Shown piece by piece: positions 37,148-48,954 of a stretch of 64,000 nucleotides of DNA. The first letter of the stretch is position 1, and each line of letters begins with the position of its first letter. The DNA comes from Somniosus microcephalus. Lineage: Eukaryota. The stretch spans positions 171,554,001 through 171,618,000 of the forward strand of contig CM126202.1 in the NCBI GenBank assembly GCA_052327205.1, read 5' to 3'. The notes below the pieces were generated by a model. It was given only the letters and a program-made list of their open reading frames with translations, was not told the DNA's origin and searched no databases. Position numbers and translations under genes: made by a program.

Positions 37148-37951
37148 GGGCTGGATTTTCATTGAGGAGGCGGGTAGGAGGCAGGACTACAACTTTCGGG
37201 GTTGTAGTCCCGCCTCCATCGAGTTCTAGCCAACCCACGCGATTTTGATTTGATTGACCTTGTTGAGCCCGCCAATTAAGGGCCACCTGGCAACAGGTGA
37301 CGTCACAGATTGATATTTCATCTGTCAAGACCTTTTGACAGATGAAATATCAGCGATTGACAGCTGTTTGAAGCTGTCAAACACTGAAAATCTGTACTCC
37401 AAGTTAATTCCTTCCTCTCAGGATGATTTAGAGATCTCTCCGGAACAGAAAGCTGAATGCTGCAATTTTTGACAGATCGCGGGCCATTCTGCTTTCTGTG
37501 CCGGTGAGATGAGGGACTCCCGAGACCTGAAGGAAGGAAGGCGTAAAGGTAAGTAAAACTCCTTTAAACACTTTAAACACACCAAACACACTTACCTCTG
37601 CACTCATGCACCCATCACTCACCTGAACACTGGACATCTCAACCCCTCCAAGCCCTTCATCCCAACAGCCTGCCTCGCTAACTTGGCGTGGTTTGGAGCC
37701 GTCGGGAATCCCACATTTCACCAATGAAAATAGGGATTAGGCTAAAAACTGCCTGTTAACTACCTGTTAACAGGCAGTTAATTGGCACTAATCCCCTTCC
37801 CGCCTCGGGGAGGCGGGTCGGGTACCCATCTCCTTTGAAACTGGCATGGAGGTGGGTTGGGGGCGGGATGGGTTCGTGCCCCCTGATTTCAGGATTTTAA
37901 CCCCCCACACGCCTCCAATCCTGCCTCCACGGCCCAATGAAAATCCTGCCC
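37148..37951 (+). mobile_element. Hairpin-array Harbinger-ended element, copy C, inserted in a CR1 3' fragment (about 37105-38366)
   Basis: TIRs GGGCTGGATTTT / AAAATCCTGCCC, flanks CTG/CAG. Confidence 0.85.
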
Positions 37952-39264
37952 CAGGTCTTTTTTCCCTAGAATTTAGAAGAATGAGAGGTAATCTAATTGA
38001 AACATTTAAAATTCTTACAGTGCTTGACAGGGTAGATGCTGGGAGGATGTTTCCCCTGGCTGGGGTGTCTAGAGCTAGGCGTCAAAGTCTCAGAATAAGG
38101 GGTCGGTCATTTAGGACTGAGATGAGGAAAAGTTTCTTCACTCAGAGGGTGGTGAATCTTTGGAATTCTCTACCCCAGAGGGCTGTGGATGCTCAGTCAC
38201 TGATTATATTCAAGACTGAGATTGATATATTTTTGGTTATGAAGGGAATCAAGTGATGTGGGGATAGTGCGGGAAGGTGGAGTTGAGGTAGAAAATCAGC
38301 CATGATCTTATGGTGGAGCAGGCTCGAGGGGCTGAATAGCCTACTCCTACTCCTATTTCTTATGTTCTTGAATTCAACCAGGCCAGGCCAAAAAAAACCA
38401 TAAAATGGTAAGTTGCACTGACACTTGCATCACAGAAGATAGTTTCCCTGTTGTGTAAAATTGCAGTCAACAGGCTTGGGCAGGAGGCCAGCGGGTAAGT
38501 CTCCATTCTAACTGCTCCCGCCTGGTTTCTGCCGATCAGGGAGGGGGTTAAACTCCCCCCACCCCAGGAATCCACCAGTGAACCAAACTTCACATTCCAT
38601 CACCCAGTTCTGCTGTACGTCAGGTTCATTCTCCACAGTTCTGCCAAATCGTTGGCTCCCCCTCCACAGCAATGTCACACTAAAGAATTCCCCCCATGCT
38701 GTCAAAGCCCAACAGCCCTGCCATTTTGTTATAAAACAGCATACTGTCTGACTCACTTTGAGCATTGCCATGGAAGATGTGCCAGAACCTTAAATAAATT
38801 ATTTCAATGTTCCTGTGGTCAAGCCCATTGAGGTAAACTGCACACACCCATATGTGGGTGGACTTATGGTAACTACATTTAAATGAGAGAAATATGTTCG
38901 CCACCATGTTTCCTGCCATTTGCACTTTTGAAATGCTGGATCCTGGAATCAGTTAGGTTCCAGTGTCCTGAAGTTAGTAGAGGGGCTCTCAGGGCATGAG
39001 AAGATAAGGTATTTGTGCAAAAGCTTACAGAGATCAGGTCTGCATAGGCCCTATTCAATTAAAAAAAAATAAACAGCTGCCTCTTCCTCCCACTGTGGTG
39101 GGCCACCTAAGACCTGCTACAGCAAGTCTCCAGCCCAGGCTGCAGCAAATCCCTGGCGGAAGTGGTTGACTCCAGAGCCAGGAGTCACCGCAAGGATGGA
39201 AAAAAGTCCAGCGTTGCCAGAAGTGTAATCCAATCAACAGGGGCAGGGAAAGCCTAGGCTATAT

Positions 39265-39515
39265 GTCACTGAGGGAGTACTGCATTGTCACAGGGGCTGT
39301 TCTTTGGATTAGCTGATAAACTGAGGCCCTGTCGACCTGTTTCTGTGATTCAAATAGACATTAAAGATCCCATGGTGGCACCATGGAGTTTTCGTGGGTA
39401 CTTGCCCAATAGGTCTGCACTAAAAACCATCACGACCACCAAAAACAGATTATCTCATGACTGTTCGTGGGATGTTGCTGTTTTTGAAATGCTTGCAACA
39501 TTGACCTACATAACA
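39265..39515 (+). mobile_element. Degraded Deu-SINE fragment
   Basis: cactgagggagtactgcattgtc...aaactgaggccc...taaagatcccatgg...aacagattatctc. Confidence 0.55.
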
Positions 39516-39699
39516 CACACATGTACACCTCCCCCCCCCCCCCCCCCCCAGTAGAGGGTGCTGTGCTGGAAAAGACAACGGATTAGAGGAAATCTCAGAT
39601 GACAAGCCTGCAAAAAGTCTGTGGGCAGCTGTCAGTGAGGTGAACAGCAAGCGCCATTCCTTTGCCGCTGAGAGCAAAATCTGGACCATTATATATTCT

Positions 39700-42600
39700 T
39701 GCACATAAAACTCCTGTTGCCAGACCTGCAGCCTCAGAGCAGGGTGAAGACTGCACTGCCAGTGGCCCTCAAGGTCACCGTGGCCCTCAATTTTTTCGCC
39801 ACCAGATCCTTCCAGTCTGGAGCAGGAGACAAAGCTAATATTTCCCAGTTTGCCGTCCATCACTGCATCTGGGAGGTCACAGAGGCTCTATACTCCAGGA
39901 GAAGGGACTTCATTGTCTTCTCTCTGAAGAGAAAGAGGCAGGAGGAGCGTGCATGTGGTTTGCCAGGATATCAGGCTTCCCCATGATACAGGCGCCATCG
40001 ATTGCACACATGTGGCTTTGCGGGCACCGCATATCAATCCCGAGATGTACCGCAACCACAAAGGCTACCACTCACTTATTGTGCAGTTGGCATGCGACCA
40101 TGCCCAGCACATCACGATGGCGAATACCCAGTATCCTGGCAGCAGTCATGATGCCTTCATCCTGCGCCAGTCCGGTGTGCCAGCAATCTTCCAGCCACCA
40201 CGTCAAACCAGAGGGTGGCTGCTCGGAGACAAGGTCTGTCTGCTCTATACCTGGCTGATGACTCCCCTCCGCAACCCCACTACTTGTGCTCAGCGCTCAT
40301 GAAATGAGAGCCATCAGGGTTCTGAAGGAACAGTTCTGCTGCCTTGTCCGCTCGGGAAGAGCCCTCCAGTACACGCCACAGCGGGTGCCCCATTTTGTGG
40401 TGGTCTGCTGCCACAACTTGGCCATCATGAGGGCACAGCCCTTGGCAGCACGGGTTCTGCGATCACTTCAGGAGGAAGAGGAGGAAGGGGGGAGGCCGGC
40501 TGCAGATTCCCTTTCCGGATGGGCTGTCCGTAAGTGCCTCATCGGAATCTGGTTCCCCTGAATGAAACCCCCTGATCCCCATTGCTCTCGACTTCCCCAC
40601 TTTACCATTCCTCTGCTATGGAACATCACAGCGTCCTCTTGGGCACAAAGCTGAAATGAGAGCTACCACAAAACAAACATTCCAAACATAATTTATAAAT
40701 TAATCAATGCAAAACTACACAACAAAGTCTATCTTTCGTATTCTTTTGCCTACTCTAGTGCTCCTACACAGTGCTACCCCAGTCGCTGCAGCATGGCTGG
40801 TGGAAGGCTGCTGACTTCCTGTGGGGGAAACTACAGATGGTCTTGCAGGACGACCCCGAGCAGCTCTGGGCCAAGAAGGCCCAGCTGTAGACTGCACCAC
40901 CTCGGCATGAGCGGCAACAGTCTGGGCTGGCTTGCTGGCAGGCAGCAGCAAGGGTACTGACGGAATGGCAGTGGCGCCTCAACATTCCTAGCTGTCTGTG
41001 GACTGCTGTGCGACCCTGCAAGCCCCTTTCCACACTCGTAAACCCAGCCTCGATGGTATCAATCTGAGCTTGCGTGGCAGTAAACTGAGCCTGCATGAGA
41101 GCAGTCTGAGCTTGCATGGCAGCAAGCTGAGACTGCTTGGGAGCAGTCTGAGCTTGCACTGCAGCATTCAAATGTTGGGTCGCTTCCGCTTCTGCTGCAA
41201 TGGAAACTGCAACATTGCTCATCACACCCAGCATCATGGTTGGGTTAACAAATGCGCTAATGCAGTTGCCCATCATTTCCATCCTGGAAACCATGGGCTC
41301 CAAGCTCCGCACAAAGCCCTGTGCAATGTTGGAGTCAGACTCCTCCATGCTCCTCGACACTGACAAGAGGCTCTCTGGCAGGTTTGCCATTGCACCAAGC
41401 ATTTGTGTGTGCATGCCCATCACCCTTCTTCTGAAGGCCGTCCCATCAAAGTCATCATCTGAGTCCTGTGAAGAACTCGTGCCCGGTGATTCACCACGTG
41501 CAGATCCCGCCTCTATACTACCCTCTAAAGTACGTGCAATGCCATTTTCTGAGCTGGTGCCTGGGAGTGTCAGATCGAGTGACGGTGCCGCTTCGTCTCC
41601 TTCACTCTTCCTCCACAACGTCGGAGACAGGCTGGGCTGGTGGCAGTTCTTGGGTATCTGAAAGGAGAAAGGCACAAGGGTCAGGTTTTGGTGAGGGGTG
41701 AGGGGGAAGCAAGATGTGCATGGTTACACCATCAGCAACTTGTAAGCAAGAAGAGATTGTGGGATGAAGCGGAACTGGGATGTGAGAAGGTGATATGAGC
41801 ATAACATCATCACAAATATTTTCAACCTCGCCGCTTGACACGGCCTCAGTGACGGTCCCTTCAATGATCTCCAGCACAGTCTCCTCCAGCTCAGTCAGGT
41901 TCTGAAGTCGGGTTGCCCCTCTGCTATTGCTCACATCTATTGGGTGCCACCTTTGCCTGCAAGAGAAAGGGAAATGTCTCAGTGAGTGTGGTGCAATGTG
42001 TTTGGGTGATATGCCTGCCGTGGTAGAATAGCTAGCAGTGTGTGCAAGGTGTGAGTCTTGCAGCAGTGGTAAGTATGTGCAGGTAAAGCTATGATTGTAA
42101 AGTACGAGTCTTGATTGCTGGTAAGTGAGTGATGGATGGTCTGGTGCATTGAGCAGTGCGTGAGGCTAATGGTGCAGTTGGTGAGATATGGCATTTGAAG
42201 GTGCATTCGCTCACCTTAACCATTCGTGTGACATCATTAAACTTCCTGTGGCACTGGATCCAGGTCCTGGGGACGACACAGGTGGCATTCATGGCTTGTG
42301 CTATCTTCTCCCACTGTCTTCTTGCGTGTTACTTGGAAGGCCTCCTGCCCCCCTGCAGGTAGAGGACTTGACGACTTCTGTGCACCCCCAGGACCAAGGC
42401 TTCCAGTGCTGCATCTAAGAACCTCCTTTCCCTCTCTCTTCTCTGTTAAGCCATAGCTTCAGACTGACAATGAGGCGCTTCTGTAATAAAGCACCTCCCC
42501 TTTAAGTGGTGCAGAGAGCCTAGGCAAAATTTTATTGGCCAGTAGACTGCACCAGATATTGGCTCTCCTGCTGCGCGCTAAGCCAACCAGCAGTGCGTTT

Positions 42601-42704
42601 AGCACTGAGATCAGCACTCCATCACCACTTTGAATGGGCGCGGTGGGAAAATCGCGCTTCGCGTTGCCTGCACCTGTTTTTCAGCTTAATCGAATTTCAT
42701 CTCC
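39700..42704. mobile_element. PIF/Harbinger transposon, left end truncated; convergent transposase (+) and 3-exon Myb/SANT gene (-), both decayed
   Basis: GAIDCTH, SHDAFIL and WLLGDK at 39700-40561. Myb exon 1 at 42215-42454 (RTWIQCHRKFND..K|gtgag), later exons to about 40715. Right TIR AATTTCATCTCC. Confidence 0.85.
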
Positions 42705-43847
42705 AAAGACATTTAAGCTAGATGGGGGGAAGACAATTGATAAACTAATCAAACTTAGAGAGAATAAAACCCTTGGGTTGCATTCGCACATATTAAAAGT
42801 AGTTAGTGAAGAGGTATCAGAGGCACTATTAGATATATATAAAAATTGATTAGAAAAGGAAATAGTGCCAGAGGCTGGCGGATAGCTAATGTGCTTCCTA
42901 TATTTAAAAAGGGAGCTAGAACAAGTTCAGGGAACTATAGACCAATTAGCTTAATGTTGGATGTAAGAAAGATAATGGAATCCTTACTCAAAGATGTAAA
43001 AGAAAAACTTCTAGAAACTGAAAACATAATAAAAAGTAGTCAGCAGGGATTTCAAAAGGAAAGATCATGCTTGACTAACCTTATTGAAATCGTTAAAGAA
43101 GTAATGGAAAGGGTAGACGGGGTGATGAAGTAGACGTAATATATTTGGATTTTCAAAAGTCGTTTCATAAGGTACCACATAGTAGACTCATGACTAAGGT
43201 CAGAACATATGGAGTCAGGGACAAGTAACAGAATGGATAGCAAACTGGCGGCCAGAGAGTAGGGGATTAAAGATAGTTACACAGACTGGCAAAAGGTGGG
43301 AAGTGGTGTTCTAAAAGTATCGATGCTGGGACCATTTACATAAACAATTTGGACTCAAGAATCGGACGTACAATTTCAAAGTTTGCAGACGACACTAAAT
43401 TGGGGATTGTAGTTAATGCAAAGGAAGAATGTGACAAAATACAGGAAGACATTAATAAACTTGCAGAATGGGTGTGTAATTGGCAAATGACCTTCAATAT
43501 AGGTAAGTATGAGGTGGTACATTTTGGTAGGAAGAATAAGGAGGCCACATACTCCTTGGAAAATAAGGCCGTGATTTCGCCAGCCAAGGCGGGTTCAGGG
43601 TGGGAGAGGTTGTTGTCGGGATATGGTCCCACTGCCTACTGAAGCCCGCCGAAAAAAAGGATTTTACGTTAATGGGCCTAGTTAAGCCCGCCCGTCGCAT
43701 TCCCCGATCCTATTAGAAAATGCAGGTCAGGTGACGTCAGCGCTGACGCTTCTCTTGCCGGATTATTTAAAGGGCCCATGGCCCCACTTCATTCCACTTC
43801 CTGAATTTGAAATGACCATTGCTGAGATAGCTTGTTCAACTCCAAAA

Positions 43848-45730
43848 ATGAGCTCACAAAGGCAGAGGGCTGCACCTCGATTCAGTGATGACTCCCTCCA
43901 TGTTCTTGTAGAGGGAGCAAGAGCATGCAGGAAGGTTCTCTTCCCTGCCAGTGGTTGGAAGAGACCACCTCAGGAGACCAAGGCAGCCTGGCTGCATTTA
44001 GCTGAGGAGGTAACGGGCAGCTGTGTGGTGATGAAGACCTGGTTTCAGTGCCGCAAGCGTTTTCATGGTCTTTTACGATCTGGAAAAGTGAGTATAAAGC
44101 CACACTTACCTTCATGTTGCTGTGTCTGTTATCACTTCCCCATCACTCAGCATTCCCAACCCTACTCCTGCACAGCGCAACTCAATGCAACATCCCATAC
44201 ACCTTCAGCCATCCCTCTCTATCCAGCTACATTATTGCATCCCCATCTAACTATGCACCCCGAACACTCACCCTCATCCTAATGTAATGACACCAACTAG
44301 CAACACTAAAGGAGGCTACTTGTTACAGCCACCCCACTCCATTATAGTCTCCCTATAAAGATCTAACACATCCATTCGTTACACTCATTTCATCACTCTC
44401 ACTCAACCTTCTCTTCTTTCCCTCCTTGCAGGAGAAGAGAACGCACAACAAGAGGGAGAGGGGGAGAACAAGAGGTGGCCCTCAATCACTCGTCATTCTG
44501 ACTCTTGCAGAGGAGGCAGTCCTGGAGATCACTGGAGTGGTGGATCAGTTGGAAGTGGGAGACAGAGAGAGGGGCTCATCAGAACAACGTGGTTACAGAA
44601 TCATTTCCCATTAACCTACATGTCATTCATCGGTCACTCATATTGGGGCTGATGTCAACAGGAATTGATTGCTCATAATGTACTTATTGGTATCTGTATG
44701 CAATGGACATATCATTTATCTAACTGATGTCTTTACTCTGCCACAAGTCCACCAAGAGCACCCCCTAATGTCCATGAGGACCATCAAGAGGACTCCTCAG
44801 AGGAGGCTCCAGCCTCTGAGGGCGCAGATCTCTGACAAGGCAAGCCAGCACCAGCGCAGATACGCACACCTTAGTGGGCTGTATGCGAGATAGAGTAGTG
44901 TTGTCACCTGGTGTCTCAAGTCACAAGTAAGCAAGAGGAGATGGTGGAGACAGGGACAGACTCTGGAGGGCGCAGGAGTCACCTAGCTCTGCTCAGCTGC
45001 ATGCAGACGGTGAACCTCGGGGACCATCAAGGAAGAGGGCGGTCCTGGAGCTGGAGCAACAAGTGCAGGAGGCTCCAACAGGTTTTGCAACCGCGGTGAC
45101 TGCAAGTGTGCAGAGAATGGAGGAGTCCATCTCAAGCATGACTAACACCATGGCGCACACACTTGCAACTGTTGTTTCCTCCATGGATAGGATGGCCACC
45201 TGCATGGAGGATGTAATGCGCCAGTCGCTTGAGCACATGATCTCAATTTAAAATAGATGGGCATCTATGGAGGATAGATGGGCATCTATTGAGGAGAGAA
45301 ACCAGAGGCGCATAGATGTCCTTGCTAGGAGGAATGTTAACGTAGACATGGGTCCTCATGGCCCCACTGATGTGCAGCAAGGTGCTCTCCAGCTACTTGC
45401 TAGCAAAGAAGTGCGGGTGACCCATGAGAGGGATGATGGTGGGAGGGCACATGCAAGTGGGGGCATCTCTCCAAGCACTCACACTTCAAGCCCCTTGCCT
45501 ACCCCTCAGTCAGATCCCCAGATGCCCCCACGGACAGCGATGGCCGACTCTGCCACTGCTTAAGTCACAGGAGGAGCACAGTTTGGCAGTGCCCACACAG
45601 GCTCCAAAACCCAGAGGACGACCGCCAAAGGTGTCTAAGCAGATGCAGTAGGGAAGTGAGCAGGATGCCTCTAACAGGGGTTGCACCACGTAGAAACACT
45701 CGGAAAAGAAAGATGCCACACAAATAGAGT
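43848..45730 (+). pseudogene. Harbinger Myb/SANT-like DNA-binding protein gene (exons 43848-44087, 44432 to about 44590, about 44748-45730)
   Basis: MSSQRQRAAPRFSDDSL...AW...KTWFQCRKRF..K|gtgagt; pyrimidine tract and cag|EKRTHNKRER..TRGGP; last exon frameshifted. Confidence 0.8.
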
Positions 45731-46013
45731 CACAAGGGTAGTCACTTGGGTGTTTCTTTCAATGTTATTGACAAGTTTCTGTTAATGTGATTTTGTCCAT
45801 TAAATCTTTTCATGCGTGAACTTTGTGGTTCTTGGCAAATGTGTTGATACTTGGAAGTGGCAGAGTGGATAGTCAGGGCTATTTTAATCTTCATCAATGG
45901 TGGTAACATTGAAAAGATAGGACTGGTCATTGTAGGGATGGTTGATGGCGTAGATGTGGGCTGATGCCAATGTGGCAATGCATGTGGCAGCCACATGTCG
46001 GTTTTGCGTGAAC

Positions 46014-48150
46014 TTAACTAAATCTGGCCATGATGAGGTGATTCCTGGCCTCACGGGCAGCAATATGGTCGTGTACTGGTGGCATTGGTACCGGCAGCTG
46101 CTCAAGGTCTTCATCATCCTCATTCTCAAACTTATGCTCCTCCTCCTCGTCCTCCGAAGTGGCTGTGCGCTCTGTGCCTTCTTCCACCTGCAGCACTAAT
46201 CCTCGTTGCTGTGCTATGTTGTGCAGGGCGCAGCAGACCACAACGATTCTGGAGACCCTGGCTGGTGCGTACTGCAGGGCTCCTCCCGATCTGTCCAGGC
46301 ATCTGAAGCGTGTTTTCAGTATGCCTATTGTTTGCTCTATGACACGTCTGGTGGAGATGAGGCTTTGATTGTAATGTTCCTCAGCCTCGTTTGTTCTCCT
46401 CCTCAAAGGTATCATCAGCCACGTCTTTAGTGGATAGCCCTTGTCACCAAGCAGCCGGGGGAAAGACTGTTTGGAGGTGTGAACAGCTGAGGAACGGTGG
46501 ATTAGCGCAGGCTGTAGGAGTCATTGCAGGGAACTTGGCGCACACATGGACAATGATCTTCCTTTGGTTGCAGGCCAGCTGCACATTGAGGGAGTGGAAG
46601 CCCTTGTGGTTGATAAACACTGCTGGGTTATGATGGGGTGCCCTGATGGCCACATGTGTGCAGTCGATTATGCCCTGCACCCGTGGAAATCCAGCCAGAG
46701 CCTCAAAGCCAATAAACGGGTCGTTTTCCGAGTGGCAGGCAGTGACTAGTGGGGTACCGCAAGGATCGGTCCTAGGAGCCCAGCTGTTCACAATATATAT
46801 TAATGATCTGGACGAGGGAACTGGATGTAATATCTCCAAATTTGCAGACGACACAAAGCTGGGTGGGAGGGTAAGCTGTGAGGAGGATGTCGTGAAACTC
46901 CAGTACGATTTGGACAGGTTGGGTGATTGGGCAGAAACATGGCAAATGCACTATAATGTGGATAAATGTGAGGTTATCCACTTTGGTGGCAAAAACATGA
47001 AGGCAGATTATTATTTGAATGGCAATAGATTGGGAGAAGGGGAAGTGCAAAGAGACCTGGGTGTTCTTGTGCACCAGTCGCTGAAGGTAAGCATGCAGGT
47101 GCAGCAGGCGGTTAAGAAGGCAAATGGTATGTTGGCCTTCATAGCAAGAGGATTCGGGTACAGGAACAAGGATGTCTTGCCACAGTTGTACAGGGCCTTG
47201 GTGAGACCGCACCTTGAGTATTGTGTGCAGTTTTGGTCATCTTACCTGAGGAAGGACGTTCTTGCCATGGAGGGAGTGCAGCGAAGGTTCACCAGGCTGA
47301 TACCTGGGATGGCAGGAATGACGTATGAGGAGAGATTGTGTCGATTGGGCTTATACTCACTGGAGTTTAGAAGATTGAGAGGGGATCTCATCGAAACCTA
47401 TAAAATTCTGTCAGGTCTGGACAGACTAGATGCAGGAAGGATGTTTCTGATGGCTGGGGAGTCCAGAACCAGGGGTCATAGTCTAAGGATAAAGGGTAAG
47501 CCATTTAGGACTGAAATGAGGAGGAATTTCTTCACCCAGAGAGTGGTGAACCTGTGGAATTCTCTGCCACAGAGGGCAGTGGAGGCTAGTTCATTAAATA
47601 TATTCAAGAAAGAGTTGGATATATTTCTTGAGGCTAAAGGGATCAAGGGATATGGGGAGAAGGCAGGGACAGGGTACTGAATTGAATGATCAGCCATGAT
47701 CTCATTGAATGGCGGAGCAGGCTCGAAGGGCCGAATGGCCTACTCCTGCTCCTATCTTCTATGTTTCTACGCACGCTCAGCAGCACTGGCTTCATCAGTG
47801 GCAAAGTTGATATAATTTGATGACTTGTCAAAGAGGGCAAGTGTAATGCATCTGTGTGCAGCCGACTGAGAGATGCCGCAAATGTCTGCTGCAGATGCCT
47901 AGAGGGAGCCTGAGGCGAAGAAGTTGAGGGCAAGGGTGACTTTAACAGCTACTGATAAGGGGTGTCCACCCATTCCTCTGGGCTGCACCTCTTGCTCCAG
48001 CAATCTGCAAATGTCCGCCATAACCTAAGCCTCCGTTGGCACTGCTGCTCAATCATGTTGAGGAAGCTGATCCTCTGCCTGTAAACCCTGTGTTGGGGGC
48101 AGCGCCTCTGGCGAAGTCCAGCCATGCGCTGATGACCTCTGCAGCATCAG
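46014..48150 (-). pseudogene. Harbinger DDE transposase (HARBI1-like), disrupted by CR1
   Basis: [54 protein letters not shown]. Confidence 0.87.
46711..47769 (+). mobile_element. CR1 LINE 3' fragment inserted in the transposase
   Basis: ORF 46646..47680 RT C-terminus; same subfamily as 20221 and 31332. Confidence 0.93.
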
Positions 48151-48398
48151 GTGGTTGAGGAGAAGGTTGTTGCTGTTGCTGCTGGGGTGCCTAGTTCTGC
48201 TGGTGTTGGGGTTCATCGTGGTCAGATTCTGAGGACCAAGGTGAGAGAGTGTAAACCGTACCCATTCTGATGTAATAGATGGTAGGTGACGGAGAGATGA
48301 CAGAAGCAAATCCGTCAATGATGAGAGAGGTTGTTCCAATGAGGTGCCACTGGATAGAGAATTGGCTCTAAACACTTGCAAGCTACAGAAAGCTCTAT

Positions 48399-48954
48399 GG
48401 GGGAAAAATTCGGTTGCTTTGTGCCTCCCGTTAGCGCGAAATTCAGCGGGAGGTTAGCGCCCCATGACGCTATGTCCAACGGGGTCAGGGGGCCCTACCT
48501 GTGGTAGGGGCGGTGCTATTTAAAGGCGAGGTGTCAGGTGGCCATTTTGTTGCTGGTCGCCTGCCAGCACCCGCCTCCGCTGCCGTCCCTGGCCTCCTGA
48601 GCACCCCCCCCAGCGGAGTGCTGGCTGTACTCCATGAGCTCGGCACTTCTCGAGTGCCGGGCTCTTTTGCAGGCACTCCGTTCCCGGTGGCCCAGCTGAG
48701 CATTAGGTCACGCTGCGCAAGGCCCCTCCCCTTTAAGAAGGGGAGGAAGGCCTGCAATACCGCAGCACCTAGCACCGCGATATTCCCTTGCAGCGCCCCA
48801 AGAGGGACGCGGGGCGCTTCCAGTAGCACCCCGCTTCCCTCTTGGGGCGCTACCACTCTATTTCGGCAGCGGGGGTGCTCATTTTTTCAGGGCGCTAAAA
48901 TAGTGCCCTAGCGAAGTTAGCGCCTCAAAGGGGGCGCAACTCAATTTTTCCCCC
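48399..48954. mobile_element. 556-bp non-autonomous Harbinger nested in a Harbinger
   Basis: TIRs GGGGGAAAAATT / AATTTTTCCCCC, TSD TAT, TAGCGC/GCGCTA subterminal motifs. Confidence 0.85.

Noticed and set aside
38370-39690. TIR-like ends and donors suggesting further old DNA transposons
   Set aside because: I could not pair the ends or find TSDs.
45253-45294. 21-bp tandem duplication with palindrome ATAGATG-GG-CATCTAT
   Set aside because: Most simply slippage in a dead Myb exon.
46014-46700. Host HARBI1 gene
   Set aside because: It lies between TIRs with a partner Myb gene, and is frameshifted and CR1-disrupted.
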